IMG/VR virus record: IMGVR_UViG_3300011422_000003
Coordinates: 1-43,626 of that record
Source: a virus
Taxonomy: Duplodnaviria > Caudoviricetes
Strand: one strand, 5' to 3'
Length of the DNA stretch: 43,626 nucleotides
Shown piece by piece: positions 17,040 to 27,047 of the stretch. The position numbers and the translations under genes were made by a program. The notes under the pieces are model-generated. The model had not been told where the DNA came from. It saw only the letters and a list, made by a program, of their open reading frames with translations, and made no database searches. Positions within the stretch are counted from its first letter, which is position 1; each line of letters begins with the position of its first letter.

Positions 17040-17387
17040 ATGAGAACGTATTATGCAATTACCATTGAGGAAATGGATACTTTCTTACGTCACAGAGGCT
17101 TTACCCTTATCATCCTCCCCAATGTCAAGGAAGCTGTCTACAGCCACGTTATTGACAAAAATGTCTGTGTGCGTGTCTATACAGGTATCGTCAATGGTAT
17201 CTCTAGGGATAGAGGGGAAGATGCCATTCGTGTAGCGACTGTTAAGCGCTTATACACTGGCAAAATCATCCCCATTGGTGCAAGGCAGAGCAAAGTCTAC
17301 CGCCTTGAGAACTGGAAAGAAACACTCCGCACTCGTATTGACAGTGTGATAGATTTCTACTACGCTTCAGTAAGAGCTGGGGTATAA
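17040..17387 (+). CDS. Hypothetical phage protein
   Basis: Start reassigned downstream of the promoter (AAGGA SD); RVYTGI...SR..GEDAIRV...NWKETL motifs. Confidence 0.7.
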   Translation: MRTYYAITIEEMDTFLRHRGFTLIILPNVKEAVYSHVIDKNVCVRVYTGIVNGISRDRGEDAIRVATVKRLYTGKIIPIGARQSKVYRLENWKETLRTRIDSVIDFYYASVRAGV

Positions 17388-17399
17388 GGAGTTATACAT

Positions 17400-17663
17400 A
17401 TGGGAATCGGTATTTTATCTGTAAGTGAATTTGCCTGTTGCCACATTGGCGCCTGCTCTGCTATCCAACGCTTCCTTACTACTTGTACAATCCACGATAT
17501 TTCACAATTAGAAATGGGTGATAGGACCTTGTACACAATAGAGCATCCCTACTGTAATGAACCCTCTATATGTAAATATGTCTGTGTACTCAGCGCAACT
17601 AAATATGGAAGTGATAACTCTGTTATAGAGTGTGAAGTAACAGGTTTGGGTAGGATAGAATGA
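17400..17663 (+). CDS. Hypothetical Cys-rich protein
   Basis: AAGGAG SD; ATGA overlap with terL. Confidence 0.65.
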   Translation: MGIGILSVSEFACCHIGACSAIQRFLTTCTIHDISQLEMGDRTLYTIEHPYCNEPSICKYVCVLSATKYGSDNSVIECEVTGLGRIE

Positions 17664-19279
17664 CCGCTATGTCTGATAAACAAACAACCTACGATCTCAT
17701 AGACTTCTTCCCTGATTGTGTACTCCCTCACTGTGAACAGCAGGGTGAAGTACACCAACACATCCTCCCCCATCAACAAGACATCCTTGACTGCACCACA
17801 AAGTACCTCTACTGTCAGGGTGGTGTAGGTAGTGCAAAGAGCCTCGCCTTTGCTATCAAATGTGTCTACTTATCATTAACCATCCCTGAGAACATTGGCA
17901 TCGTCTCACGTGTAGATTACAAGTTACTTTACAAATCCTCCTGGCGTGAAATAAAAGCGTGCATCAAACGCTTAGTGCAACATGGTTATATCGACTCTGA
18001 CTTCTACCAGAAGAAAATGTTCCGTGACAAAAAACAAGGTGACTACTCCACAATAAACTTCCCCAACGAAAGCATCCTCTACGCAGTACAGAGCAAAAAC
18101 CTCAATGAAGCCCTTGGCTCATCTTATGGCCTCTTCTGGGTAGATGATGCTCAAGAAAGTATGGAGGAATACTTCATTGGAGATAGTACAAGTGCTGGCC
18201 TTCTATCTCGTCTACGTCTACCTCATATCCACTTTGATAGACATACCTACTCTATGGAGAATAGACGACATGGTTCATTACATGGTATGGTTTCTTCTAA
18301 TCCCCCTCCTTATAGTCATTGGCTCCATAAACTCTTTGGTGATAAGCCAGGTATTCACCACATTGGGGAGGATGAAGTAACATGGATGATGGTTTCTACC
18401 CATGACAACCCTTTCGTGGGTGATGATTATGGGAAGGGGTTAGTTGCTGTTCAGCACAAAATGGGCCATAACACTAACACCGTTCGACGTGTTATCTACG
18501 GGGAAAGCATACCAGCGTATAAAGGAATACCTGTTTTCCCTCAATTCAAACATGCTGTGCATGTTGCCCCGCTCAAATTCAGACCTGACCTCCCACTAAT
18601 CCGTAGTTGGGATTTTGGTTATCTCCACCCCGCCGTTCTCTTTGCTAACCTCTATAAATGCACACACCGCACTAACCATTACTTCGCCTTGAGTGAAATA
18701 ACAGATGCAGCTAACGTAAACGTGCATACATTGTATAAAAAATATGTAATGCCTCACACTCAAGCCCTCTACAGCAACGCTACTCTCATCAGAGATTGTG
18801 GTGATAGAAGCGGTTTCCGCCAAAGTAGCAGCAACAAAGACAGCAGAAGTGATATGAAGATACTTATTAATGAGTATCAAATACCTTTTAAGCATGGCTA
18901 CTTTCACCTCACTCCCTCTCTACAGTACGTGCGAGGGCTACTTGAACCTAAGACACCTTGCCCTTGTGGCTTACCGCTTATCCTCATCGGTGATAAATGC
19001 AAGACACTGATAGGTGCGCTAGAAGGTGGCTACCACTTCCCCCACTCTCGCAGCGGCATAACTGCTGACAAACCTGTGGAAGATCGCTTCTTTGCTGATA
19101 TAGCATGCGCTTGGCGGTATGGTGCAGAGAACTATGTAAAATGGGGCTTGCCCTTTGAAGACCAACAAGAAATGCAACAAACTCGTCGTTCTCAATTCTC
19201 TATCCAAAGGCATGATAACACTATGCTGAAGTGGTTAAATGACACTGATACAGCGGCTATGAAGCGTATCACAGGTTAA
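17660..19279 (+). CDS. terL: Terminase large subunit
   Basis: LPHQQ Q-motif, Walker A GGVGSAKS, Walker B FWVDDAQE, SSNPP, STHDNP, RNase H-fold WDFG and GDRSG. Confidence 0.92.
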   Translation: MTAMSDKQTTYDLIDFFPDCVLPHCEQQGEVHQHILPHQQDILDCTTKYLYCQGGVGSAKSLAFAIKCVYLSLTIPENIGIVSRVDYKLLYKSSWREIKACIKRLVQHGYIDSDFYQKKMFRDKKQGDYSTINFPNESILYAVQSKNLNEALGSSYGLFWVDDAQESMEEYFIGDSTSAGLLSRLRLPHIHFDRHTYSMENRRHGSLHGMVSSNPPPYSHWLHKLFGDKPGIHHIGEDEVTWMMVSTHDNPFVGDDYGKGLVAVQHKMGHNTNTVRRVIYGESIPAYKGIPVFPQFKHAVHVAPLKFRPDLPLIRSWDFGYLHPAVLFANLYKCTHRTNHYFALSEITDAANVNVHTLYKKYVMPHTQALYSNATLIRDCGDRSGFRQSSSNKDSRSDMKILINEYQIPFKHGYFHLTPSLQYVRGLLEPKTPCPCGLPLILIGDKCKTLIGALEGGYHFPHSRSGITADKPVEDRFFADIACAWRYGAENYVKWGLPFEDQQEMQQTRRSQFSIQRHDNTMLKWLNDTDTAAMKRITG

Positions 19280-19286
19280 CCAAGGC

Positions 19287-19316
19287 TTGACACCTCCCCT
19301 CTCCCAAACGTACAAT
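19287..19316 (+). promoter_or_regulatory. Sigma70-type promoter upstream of portal
   Basis: TTGACA-18 nt-TACAAT; shares TTGACACCT with the 6382 promoter. Confidence 0.75.
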
Positions 19317-19358
19317 ATCACTACAGCTCCCTTTCCCTTTTAACAGACAGAGATAAAA

Positions 19359-21266
19359 GTGGCTATCACCCAAGAAACACAGCTCAAAGCAGCATACCGC
19401 ACTGCGTATTGTGAACAGACTGCTGAGATACGAATGAGACGGCGGTATGTTGAACAACGCATGTTGAACAGTAGAAAGAAGTGGTTTGGTTATTACGATC
19501 CCTCTTACGTACCAAGTGATAGCAGCACAGGTGTCTACAACATCCCCGCAGCTCGACGTGTTATAGAACGTGCAGCAGTACGTGTGACGAAGCTGTTAAC
19601 ACCAACTGTAAAATGGTTTGAAGTGCAACCGTCTGACAGCTACACTACCCCTGCTGAACGTGTAAGCAACATTGACGCTTTCATGCGTTATGTTATGCGC
19701 AAGAAGATAGACACACGTAGTAACATCAGCCAACTCTCCCGTTCAATGATCATCTACGGTTTCTGCATCCTCAAGACAAGTGTGGATATTCAAAAAGGGG
19801 AGGTGTGGCCTACTCAACGTGCAGTTGACCCTTTTTCCTTTTATATTTATCCTGAAACATCCCCCACTATCCAACAAGCGGAGGATGTGTTTGAAGATTT
19901 ACTCTTCTCTTACAGTAGATACAACACCTTCGTTGCAAAGGGTATTGTTGACCAAATCAACCGTGATGATCTCACCACACCAGACTGGCCTTATCACCTC
20001 GTAGAGCGTATGGCGTATCAAGGTATCTCTAACCCCAACAGCAACGTTGACCAAAAGATAGAGAATATCAAAAGCACCTTAAATAAACAAAACAGCACGA
20101 ACCCCTTTGTCTCACTCACTGAGAAATGGATACGCCGTGATGGTGAACTCTACCAAGTCTACATTGCATGGAATCTTGTAGGTGGACCACGGATAGTGGG
20201 CTTCTTCAAATCAATGTATGATGATCCTATGTATAGAATGGCTATCCATCGTCCCTTACCAGGTGAAACATACACCACCGCACAAATAGAAGACATTGAA
20301 GCACTTGACGATGTGCAAGGGGATATGTTTAACCAGTTCAAAGATGCTGTTGATAGAGAAGGTGGCTTTGTTGCTTTTGGCGGTTCCAGCGGCATGAGAA
20401 GGGACACTTTCAAATACAAAGGTGGAGCGAAGTGGGATTTTGGTAGTGAGAATCCAAAGGATGTGATGCTCAACGTTCAACCCCCTAACACCAGCAACAA
20501 CTTCTTACGAGCATGGCAAGTTACCAATGCAATGATGCAAAGTATGGGTGGTGCAGGGACAATAGCTGAAGGGCAACCTGGTAGGAATATGCCCCGCAGT
20601 GGTGAAGCTGTCTCATCACTTATCAACCTCGGTATGGCTGATATACAAGACATTGCTGAGGTGATAGAACAAGGTGTTCTCACCCCTGGCCTCAGTGACA
20701 TCTACAAAGTAGCCAACATGATCCCCGAAGATCAACTCATGCGTATACCAGGGGGGATAGCTTTCTATGATCCTAACAAAGAGAAACCAACGTCACTTAT
20801 AAAGAAACGAGACATTGCTGGTGACTTTGAGTATGAGTGGGTAGGTTCCCTTCAATTCCAAGCAGACAGCGAACGTGCACAGCGTCTCATGGTCTTTCTC
20901 AATATGTTCCTCAACCCTAACACTCAACAAATGCTTGCACAGCAGGGGTACACTATCAACTTACCCGCTCTCATACAGATGGTGTGGAGAAGCGGCATAG
21001 GTGTACGCGGTTTAGACAACGTTGTTGTCACTATGGGAGAAATGCAACAAATCCTTATGCGCCAACAACAACAAAGTGGTATGCCCATTGGTCCACAAAC
21101 ACAACCTACTAACCTCCCACCTGATGTACAGCAGTTGTTAGATCAAGTGAAAGGACAAGTACCACAGGGACAGCAAGGTGGTCAAAATGGACAAGGAGGG
21201 AGTAACCCTTTATCAGCCTTAACACCAACGTTACCGACAGCTACTAACGGTTTCACTAGGAGGTAA
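19359..21266 (+). CDS. Portal protein
   Basis: 635 aa directly after terL; IIYGFCILK and VDPFSFYIYP motifs; Q/G/P-rich C-terminal tail as in podoviral portals. Confidence 0.88.
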   Translation: MAITQETQLKAAYRTAYCEQTAEIRMRRRYVEQRMLNSRKKWFGYYDPSYVPSDSSTGVYNIPAARRVIERAAVRVTKLLTPTVKWFEVQPSDSYTTPAERVSNIDAFMRYVMRKKIDTRSNISQLSRSMIIYGFCILKTSVDIQKGEVWPTQRAVDPFSFYIYPETSPTIQQAEDVFEDLLFSYSRYNTFVAKGIVDQINRDDLTTPDWPYHLVERMAYQGISNPNSNVDQKIENIKSTLNKQNSTNPFVSLTEKWIRRDGELYQVYIAWNLVGGPRIVGFFKSMYDDPMYRMAIHRPLPGETYTTAQIEDIEALDDVQGDMFNQFKDAVDREGGFVAFGGSSGMRRDTFKYKGGAKWDFGSENPKDVMLNVQPPNTSNNFLRAWQVTNAMMQSMGGAGTIAEGQPGRNMPRSGEAVSSLINLGMADIQDIAEVIEQGVLTPGLSDIYKVANMIPEDQLMRIPGGIAFYDPNKEKPTSLIKKRDIAGDFEYEWVGSLQFQADSERAQRLMVFLNMFLNPNTQQMLAQQGYTINLPALIQMVWRSGIGVRGLDNVVVTMGEMQQILMRQQQQSGMPIGPQTQPTNLPPDVQQLLDQVKGQVPQGQQGGQNGQGGSNPLSALTPTLPTATNGFTRR

Positions 21267-21269
21267 AAG

Positions 21270-21728
21270 ATGGCTATTTATACCAATCTCAAAGTGGTTG
21301 ATAAGAACACAGGTAACACAATCCTCAACATTGATGAAGGCGGCTTCAAAGATAGTGGTGACCGTGTATACTCTCCCTTTGAGTTTCTCTTTGATCGTCT
21401 CTTTGCTACCCCTCTCGCTGCGTATATGTGGCGGTGTATTGAAGGTGTCTGGCGAGTAGCAGGTGTCGGTGCTGATTGCTCTGTCACAGGCGGTGCAGCC
21501 TGTACTGTCGACGTGCTTGTGTGCAGTGCTGCTGTGGCTCCTGGCAGTGGTACAACACAGCTCACAGCGGCTATTGACATTGAAGAAACTGCCCCCTTTC
21601 AACGCAACGGTACACTTATCGCTGCTCCTACAAACATCTTCCCTGGTATGCTTGTAGCACGTGTCATAGCTGGCACTCCAGGTTCCCTTGAAGGTGTCTT
21701 AACCGTTCAACTCAAAAGGATTAGTTGA
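21270..21728 (+). CDS. Putative capsid decoration/minor head protein
   Basis: Small beta-rich protein between portal and scaffold. Confidence 0.55.
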   Translation: MAIYTNLKVVDKNTGNTILNIDEGGFKDSGDRVYSPFEFLFDRLFATPLAAYMWRCIEGVWRVAGVGADCSVTGGAACTVDVLVCSAAVAPGSGTTQLTAAIDIEETAPFQRNGTLIAAPTNIFPGMLVARVIAGTPGSLEGVLTVQLKRIS

Positions 21729-22285
21729 TGGAACAGAACGAAGAACTCGATCTTGCAAAGGTGCAAGAGTTTATCAAAGGTCAAGTTGATACCTATGCAC
21801 AGGAGGCATTTAAGCAGTATCAACAGCCTGCTCCACAGCAACAGCAAGGGCTGACACAGGAACAACAAGCACAGCGTCAATTGCAAGAGATGCTTGAGCC
21901 TTTTATCGCTCCTCGGTTGAATGCTGCACAACTTGCTGCTGCTGATGCAAGAGATACTTCCACCTTTTACAGCGATCCCTCTAACCTTGAGATGAGGGAA
22001 GATGTAGAGAAGATGTTTAATGAGTTGAAGGATGCAGGGAGAGCTATACCGAGAGCTGATATTAAGCGTTATCTCCTTGGTAAAGAATACGAAGCTGACC
22101 CTGTGAAGTTCACTGAGAAGCAAACTGAAAGGCGAAAGGCACAAGTAAAAGCTGCAGAAGGTGCTGTTGATATTGGTCAAGGTGGCTTAGACCGTAACCG
22201 TAGTAACCCTCTCCTTGACGGTCAGAACTTGTGGACTATGCCCCTTGAAGACCTTGAGAAAGCATTGCAAGGGACAACGTTCTAA
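21725..22285 (+). CDS. Putative scaffolding protein
   Basis: Helical Q/E/A-rich protein just upstream of the MCP, ending in a short helix (MPLEDLEKAL). Confidence 0.7.
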   Translation: MMEQNEELDLAKVQEFIKGQVDTYAQEAFKQYQQPAPQQQQGLTQEQQAQRQLQEMLEPFIAPRLNAAQLAAADARDTSTFYSDPSNLEMREDVEKMFNELKDAGRAIPRADIKRYLLGKEYEADPVKFTEKQTERRKAQVKAAEGAVDIGQGGLDRNRSNPLLDGQNLWTMPLEDLEKALQGTTF

Positions 22286-22475
22286 TGACACATCAACTGT
22301 CTACTAATTGTGTGTACTATTTAGGTAGGCTTCACACACAAAGCCTACCTAACTAACTCACTACCAGGAAACGAATTGTACTAGGAGCCAGGGCCAACGA
22401 TTGAATGCCTAGATACGTGTACATAAGCTCTCCGATACTGGTAACTATGTCTACTAACTACAAGGAGTTCTGATA
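22286..22475 (+). promoter_or_regulatory. Structured leader of the major capsid gene
   Basis: 12-bp hairpin 22321-22352; nested TACCAG/CTGGTA, TGTAC/GTACA, CTAGG/CCTAG; TGTCTACTAA repeated at 22298 and 22448. Confidence 0.55.
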
Positions 22476-23771
22476 ATGGCAGATACCTACACCACCTTTG
22501 CAACAATGGCTAATGATGCACCTAATGTGTTCATTGCCAGGAAGATGATTGAGTTACTTGACAGAATGCTCGTCCTTGACAAATGTAGTGAGCCTTTTGC
22601 ACTTGAGAATGGGAACAGTAAGACCCTTCGTGTTGTAAGGGTAAGTAGAGTTGCTCTCCCTAACACCCCGCTCATTGAAGGTGTTACCCCCTCTACTGAC
22701 AGCCTTGTACTTGAAAACGTCAATGTAACCGTTGAGCAGTGGGGCCTTGTCGTTGCCCTTACTGATGTACTTGAGTTGACAGTAACGCACCCTATGGTGA
22801 GCCTTGCCATTGAACGTGTTGCTATGGCAATGAAAGAAACAAGCGAGCGTGAAGACGCTGAAGTGTTGATGGGTGCAACTAACGTCTCCTTCCCTGGGGT
22901 TGTCACCACCCGTAGTGGTCTTGCCGCAACAGATGTATTCAACACCGCTCTTGCCATTACAATGAATGCAAAGTTAGAGATGCGCGGTGCACATAAGTAC
23001 ATGAACAATGGTGGGTATTACATGGGGTTCTTCCAACCCCCACACAAGGCCGCTGTACTTGCAAGTGATACTACTTTTCAGAATGCAAGTAACTTTGCAC
23101 AGCAAGAGCGTCTCATGTACGGTAGAGTGGGCATGTGGATGGGTGTTGAGTGGATTATGGGTAACTTCCTTCCTGTCTACGTTGGTGTGGCTGCAGCCAC
23201 TACAGCAGCAGCAACAGCTACAAAAGCGCAGTACACTGTTGGTCTAAGTGGTACACTTGCCACTGCTAACTACCAACTGAAAGTTGTTGCAAGGGAAGTA
23301 ACTACTGACTATGAGCGGCGTATTAGTGTACAGACTGGTAACATTGCTGTCACCTCCCCTGGCAGTATTGCTGTCGTTATGCCTTCTAGTGTTAACTACG
23401 TCTATGACGTTTACTTGACACAAGCTGGCGGTACGGTAGCATACCTCGTTGCAAGCAGGCAAGCCGCAGGTTCAACGTATACGATTACAACTGCTCCAGC
23501 AGGAACAGAGGCAGTTGCACCAGAAGCCCCTGCACTTGGTATTAATGTGTATACAGGGTTTGTTGTTGGGAAGGGTGCCTTTGGTACTTGTGCACTGAAT
23601 GGCATGTCATTGCAAACCTTCACTACACCTAAGGGTGCAAGTGACAGTGATCCCTTGGCACAAAGACGTAAGGTAGGTGCGAAGTATATGCGGAAGAGTT
23701 TTATCCTTGATAACAACTACATTGAACGGTTTGAAACGAGCAGTGCATTCGCTGCTGCGATACCTGCATAG
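22476..23771 (+). CDS. Major capsid protein, N4-gp56-like (HK97 fold) with inserted Ig-like segment
   Basis: LIEGVTP, VEQWG...LTD, GRVGMWMGVEW and C-terminal SDPLAQRRKVGAK motifs; strong AAGGAG SD. Confidence 0.92.
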   Translation: MADTYTTFATMANDAPNVFIARKMIELLDRMLVLDKCSEPFALENGNSKTLRVVRVSRVALPNTPLIEGVTPSTDSLVLENVNVTVEQWGLVVALTDVLELTVTHPMVSLAIERVAMAMKETSEREDAEVLMGATNVSFPGVVTTRSGLAATDVFNTALAITMNAKLEMRGAHKYMNNGGYYMGFFQPPHKAAVLASDTTFQNASNFAQQERLMYGRVGMWMGVEWIMGNFLPVYVGVAAATTAAATATKAQYTVGLSGTLATANYQLKVVAREVTTDYERRISVQTGNIAVTSPGSIAVVMPSSVNYVYDVYLTQAGGTVAYLVASRQAAGSTYTITTAPAGTEAVAPEAPALGINVYTGFVVGKGAFGTCALNGMSLQTFTTPKGASDSDPLAQRRKVGAKYMRKSFILDNNYIERFETSSAFAAAIPA

Positions 23772-23781
23772 TGGGTGAGTA

Positions 23782-23958
23782 ATGTCATTAAGTTGTGATA
23801 ACTGTAAGCACCCGTTCAGTCAACATGCACCTGCTTATGATGATTACGATTTTGAGCGTTATTGTTATGAGTGTGACTGTATTGGATGGGAAGGTGATAT
23901 AGAGGATGCTTACGATGAAGAGGAGTTAGATAAAATTATAGCTGAAGGGTATATATGA
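23782..23958 (+). CDS. Small Cys/His zinc-binding protein (58 aa)
   Basis: Hand translation: CDNCKH...QH...CYECDC with acidic tail; ATGA coupling to 23955. Confidence 0.7.
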   Translation: MSLSCDNCKHPFSQHAPAYDDYDFERYCYECDCIGWEGDIEDAYDEEELDKIIAEGYI

Positions 23959-24140
23959 AAGTGTTTGTTGTTGTAAAGTGTATAAGTGACGGTGACATTG
24001 CAGGTGTATTCAGTACATTGAAGAAAGCAAGTGAATATGTCGAAAATCATAAATACTCCGCTTTTATCATCACTGAGCACACTGTAGACAGTTACTTTCA
24101 AGAGGCGTCAAGCCATGCCCAAAAAGAAAATAACCCTTGA
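23955..24140 (+). CDS. Small hypothetical protein
   Basis: MKVFVV...GVFSTLKKA pattern common in small phage ORFs. Confidence 0.7.
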   Translation: MKVFVVVKCISDGDIAGVFSTLKKASEYVENHKYSAFIITEHTVDSYFQEASSHAQKENNP

Positions 24141-24630
24141 AGAAGCCTTTGCTGTGTTTGAGCAGCATGGGCTTGAAGTGGAAGTGAGAGGTATACAGCA
24201 ACAACGTGCTGCTGAACCTCTCTCAGCCTTTCTTGAGGGGGGAGGTGAAGAACAAGCACCGCTTGTAGAAGAGGGTAAAAAGACGATGAAAATAACCCTC
24301 TTTGCTGCACATACCATCGGTAATGGCGGGGAGATTGTTGTAGAGAACGGTGAGAAGAAAGTTGTCAACAATGGTATAGTGCAATACGGTCCTGGTATTG
24401 TCACTGTCCCTACACACCTTGCTACTCACCTCCTTCACCAAGACCTTCTTGCACGGAGAGCAGATGAGCGTATGCTGGAGCAAAGGGTACGTACCTATGT
24501 AGTCCATCCAGTACATACAGTAAACGGTACCATTAACGTTGCACGCCACGTCTCTAATGATAACAGCTTTAACCTTTCTGGTTATTTAAGGGACTTAGGG
24601 GATAATGGCGGTGCATTTCAAATAGGGTGA
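24115..24630 (+). CDS. Hypothetical protein (morphogenesis block)
   Basis: 171-aa ORF with GAGG SD. Confidence 0.75.
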   Translation: MPKKKITLEEAFAVFEQHGLEVEVRGIQQQRAAEPLSAFLEGGGEEQAPLVEEGKKTMKITLFAAHTIGNGGEIVVENGEKKVVNNGIVQYGPGIVTVPTHLATHLLHQDLLARRADERMLEQRVRTYVVHPVHTVNGTINVARHVSNDNSFNLSGYLRDLGDNGGAFQIG

Positions 24631-24637
24631 GGAAAAG

Positions 24638-25009
24638 ATGCCTATTCGCTTCGCTATCACCAAGGCAACTGCTCAAGGTGAGACAATGGTGGTTGATGTG
24701 TGTCAGTGGAATCCTGTGAGTGGGGAGGTGTTACATACCGTTGATGAAATGAATGAAATGGCAGATGAAGCACTCAAGTTGAGTGATGTGCGTCTGCTGG
24801 AGATGAATACACGTATCTTAGAGGCTGAGAGCCTAGAAGCATACTGCACCCCTGTAGAATGGGGAAAGATTCTCTCTATCATTGATGTGATGTGTGGAAG
24901 GATGAGAGCAGATACGCTGAGGCATAGATGGCAAAGTGCAATTGAAGAGACAGCAGAGTTAGAGGCCGGTCGCTTAGCAGCTATGAATGGTTGGACAAAG
25001 AATGATTAG
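24638..25009 (+). CDS. Hypothetical protein
   Basis: Operon position, SD. Confidence 0.75.
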   Translation: MPIRFAITKATAQGETMVVDVCQWNPVSGEVLHTVDEMNEMADEALKLSDVRLLEMNTRILEAESLEAYCTPVEWGKILSIIDVMCGRMRADTLRHRWQSAIEETAELEAGRLAAMNGWTKND

Positions 25010-25460
25010 AATACACAATGATAACCTGGGGCGTATCCTCCACTTCACCCTTTTCCAACGTCTCCACACCTTCTGTGTGAAACACACCCCTGAGTTCCCT
25101 GCTGATATTGCAGTGAATGGATGGCTTAACCGTCTCTACAGTGGTGATACTACCCTGCACATCCTTGCTGAAGTAGATGAGCAGTATAACATCACAGAGC
25201 ATGCTTTGCTAGATGTACAAACCTTCTTCAACCAAAAGATCATCTACTGTCATCAGGCACAGCATGATAAGCCATCTATAAGCCACGCTGTTGAGCTTAT
25301 GGAATACATTGACAAGCTCAAAGCACATGAAGGTGCTGTTGCCTCAGTCTTCAGTATTGCCGATAGTAAGCATGCTAATGCCTTCAAGAAGAGACATGGG
25401 TATAAGATACTTCGTACTGTGCTCATAAAGGGTAACGAAGAGGAAGCAAACGATGGGTGA
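25002..25460 (+). CDS. Possible GNAT-fold protein preceding the ejection genes
   Basis: Size, position and C-terminal AFKKRHGYK resemble the acetyltransferase-fold gene found before podoviral ejection genes. Confidence 0.45.
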   Translation: MIRIHNDNLGRILHFTLFQRLHTFCVKHTPEFPADIAVNGWLNRLYSGDTTLHILAEVDEQYNITEHALLDVQTFFNQKIIYCHQAQHDKPSISHAVELMEYIDKLKAHEGAVASVFSIADSKHANAFKKRHGYKILRTVLIKGNEEEANDG

Positions 25461-27042
25461 CGTAATTGGGGGTATCTTTGGTACAAGTAGTACCACTACA
25501 CAGCAAGTACAGCCAGACCGTATAGCACAGCTCCTTAACCTTGAACGCTACGGTCAACTAGCAAACCTCTTTGGTGTAGGTTCCCTTAACCAATTTGCAG
25601 ACATCAACCCAGAGGGTATTTATAATCCCAGCAACTTCTCCACTGATATATCCAGCGTTGCTAGCAATGCAATGCTTGCTAATCAAGGGGTTGATTATAG
25701 CAACTTACTGAGCCTTGATGACTACCGTAGGTCATTTGACCCTGTTACCTCTACATATTATGGGGCGAGTGATAGTCTTAACAGAACGACAGGTGATGCA
25801 CTCCAGGGTGCAGCGGATACTTACGGTCGCAATCGCCAAGACATTAGAAGTCTCTTAGACAGCTCCATTAATCGTAGCTATGGTGACTACAACACAGGTG
25901 TAGCAACAGCAGGCCAGACGTATGGACAGGGTAGTGCTGATGTAGGAAGTGCATACAATGCTGCTATAGCGAGAGGTGACTATGATCTTGCACGCACTAT
26001 CGCCACAGCGGGGCAAGGTGGGGATAGAGCCCTAGGGTTGAATGAAGCCCTTTATCAAAGAGGAAGGGAGGTTAATGAGGGTAACCTTCTCACTTCACTT
26101 GGTCTAGCAGGTGCAGATGCACAGCGTTCGTTGAGTACACAAGATGCAAATAGAGCACGTGCTTTAGAGCTTGGGTTAGGTGCAACAGGTAACTACATAG
26201 ATCAAATTGCTACCCCTCGCCTTAATGCTGCACTTGCATTACAGGGACTTGAAAGCAGCGGTGCTGTCCCTGCAGCTATTGCAAGGGCAACAGCAGAAAC
26301 AGCGATGCCTTACCTGCAAGGTATAGAAGGTGCATATAGCACTAATCAAGCGAATACGCTTAATAGCTTAATGGGCCTACGGGGTGAGTTGACAGGTAAC
26401 AGAACAGCCCTCGACAACGCTCTTGCACAAGAGTTGATGCAGTTACAAACTGGTGTTAACACAAATACACAAAACTTACAGACAGGTGCAGCACAAACCG
26501 CACAAGAGAGCAATGCTGCCCTTGGTGGACAACGGTTAGGTGCACAGACTGCGCTAGCAGGTAACTACCAGAACAACGTCAACCAACTTGCACAAGCCTT
26601 AATGGCAAACAACATCACCCTTGAGCAAGCGGGGATTAGCGCTGAAAGTGCACTTGGGCAACAGTTGATGCAGGTGCAGGGTGCACTGCGTACACAGCAA
26701 CAGCAGGGGATAACAAGTCTTTCTAACACCTATGGGACAAATCAGGCTAACTTTAATCAATCACTGCCAGGTGCATCACAAGCGATGTCGTTGTTGCCAG
26801 GGCAGATGCAAGGCCAGCAAGCACAGTACCTTTCAGGACTACAAGGCATAGCTGACTTCCCCCGTCAATTAAGGGAAGCTGATTATCTTCGCAGGCAAGG
26901 TCTCTTCACCACTGCTTACACTGGTATCCCCTACACACCTGGTAGTACTACCTTTGGCGGTACAGCCACTGGTAACATCTTTGACCAACTTGGTGGGACA
27001 ATACAGAGTGGGTTAAAAGGTGGTGGGAACATTGGAGGGTAG
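25453..27042 (+). CDS. Putative DNA ejection/pilot protein
   Basis: G/A/Q/N-rich low-complexity helical protein; GGIFG...STTTQQ N-terminus. Confidence 0.7.
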   Translation: MGDVIGGIFGTSSTTTQQVQPDRIAQLLNLERYGQLANLFGVGSLNQFADINPEGIYNPSNFSTDISSVASNAMLANQGVDYSNLLSLDDYRRSFDPVTSTYYGASDSLNRTTGDALQGAADTYGRNRQDIRSLLDSSINRSYGDYNTGVATAGQTYGQGSADVGSAYNAAIARGDYDLARTIATAGQGGDRALGLNEALYQRGREVNEGNLLTSLGLAGADAQRSLSTQDANRARALELGLGATGNYIDQIATPRLNAALALQGLESSGAVPAAIARATAETAMPYLQGIEGAYSTNQANTLNSLMGLRGELTGNRTALDNALAQELMQLQTGVNTNTQNLQTGAAQTAQESNAALGGQRLGAQTALAGNYQNNVNQLAQALMANNITLEQAGISAESALGQQLMQVQGALRTQQQQGITSLSNTYGTNQANFNQSLPGASQAMSLLPGQMQGQQAQYLSGLQGIADFPRQLREADYLRRQGLFTTAYTGIPYTPGSTTFGGTATGNIFDQLGGTIQSGLKGGGNIGG

Positions 27043-27047
27043 ACTAC

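Noticed and set aside
22298-22457. TCTACTAA resembles part of a Cas12a repeat; possible mini-CRISPR
   Set aside because: Only two 10-nt copies 150 nt apart, no GTAGA arm and no cas genes.
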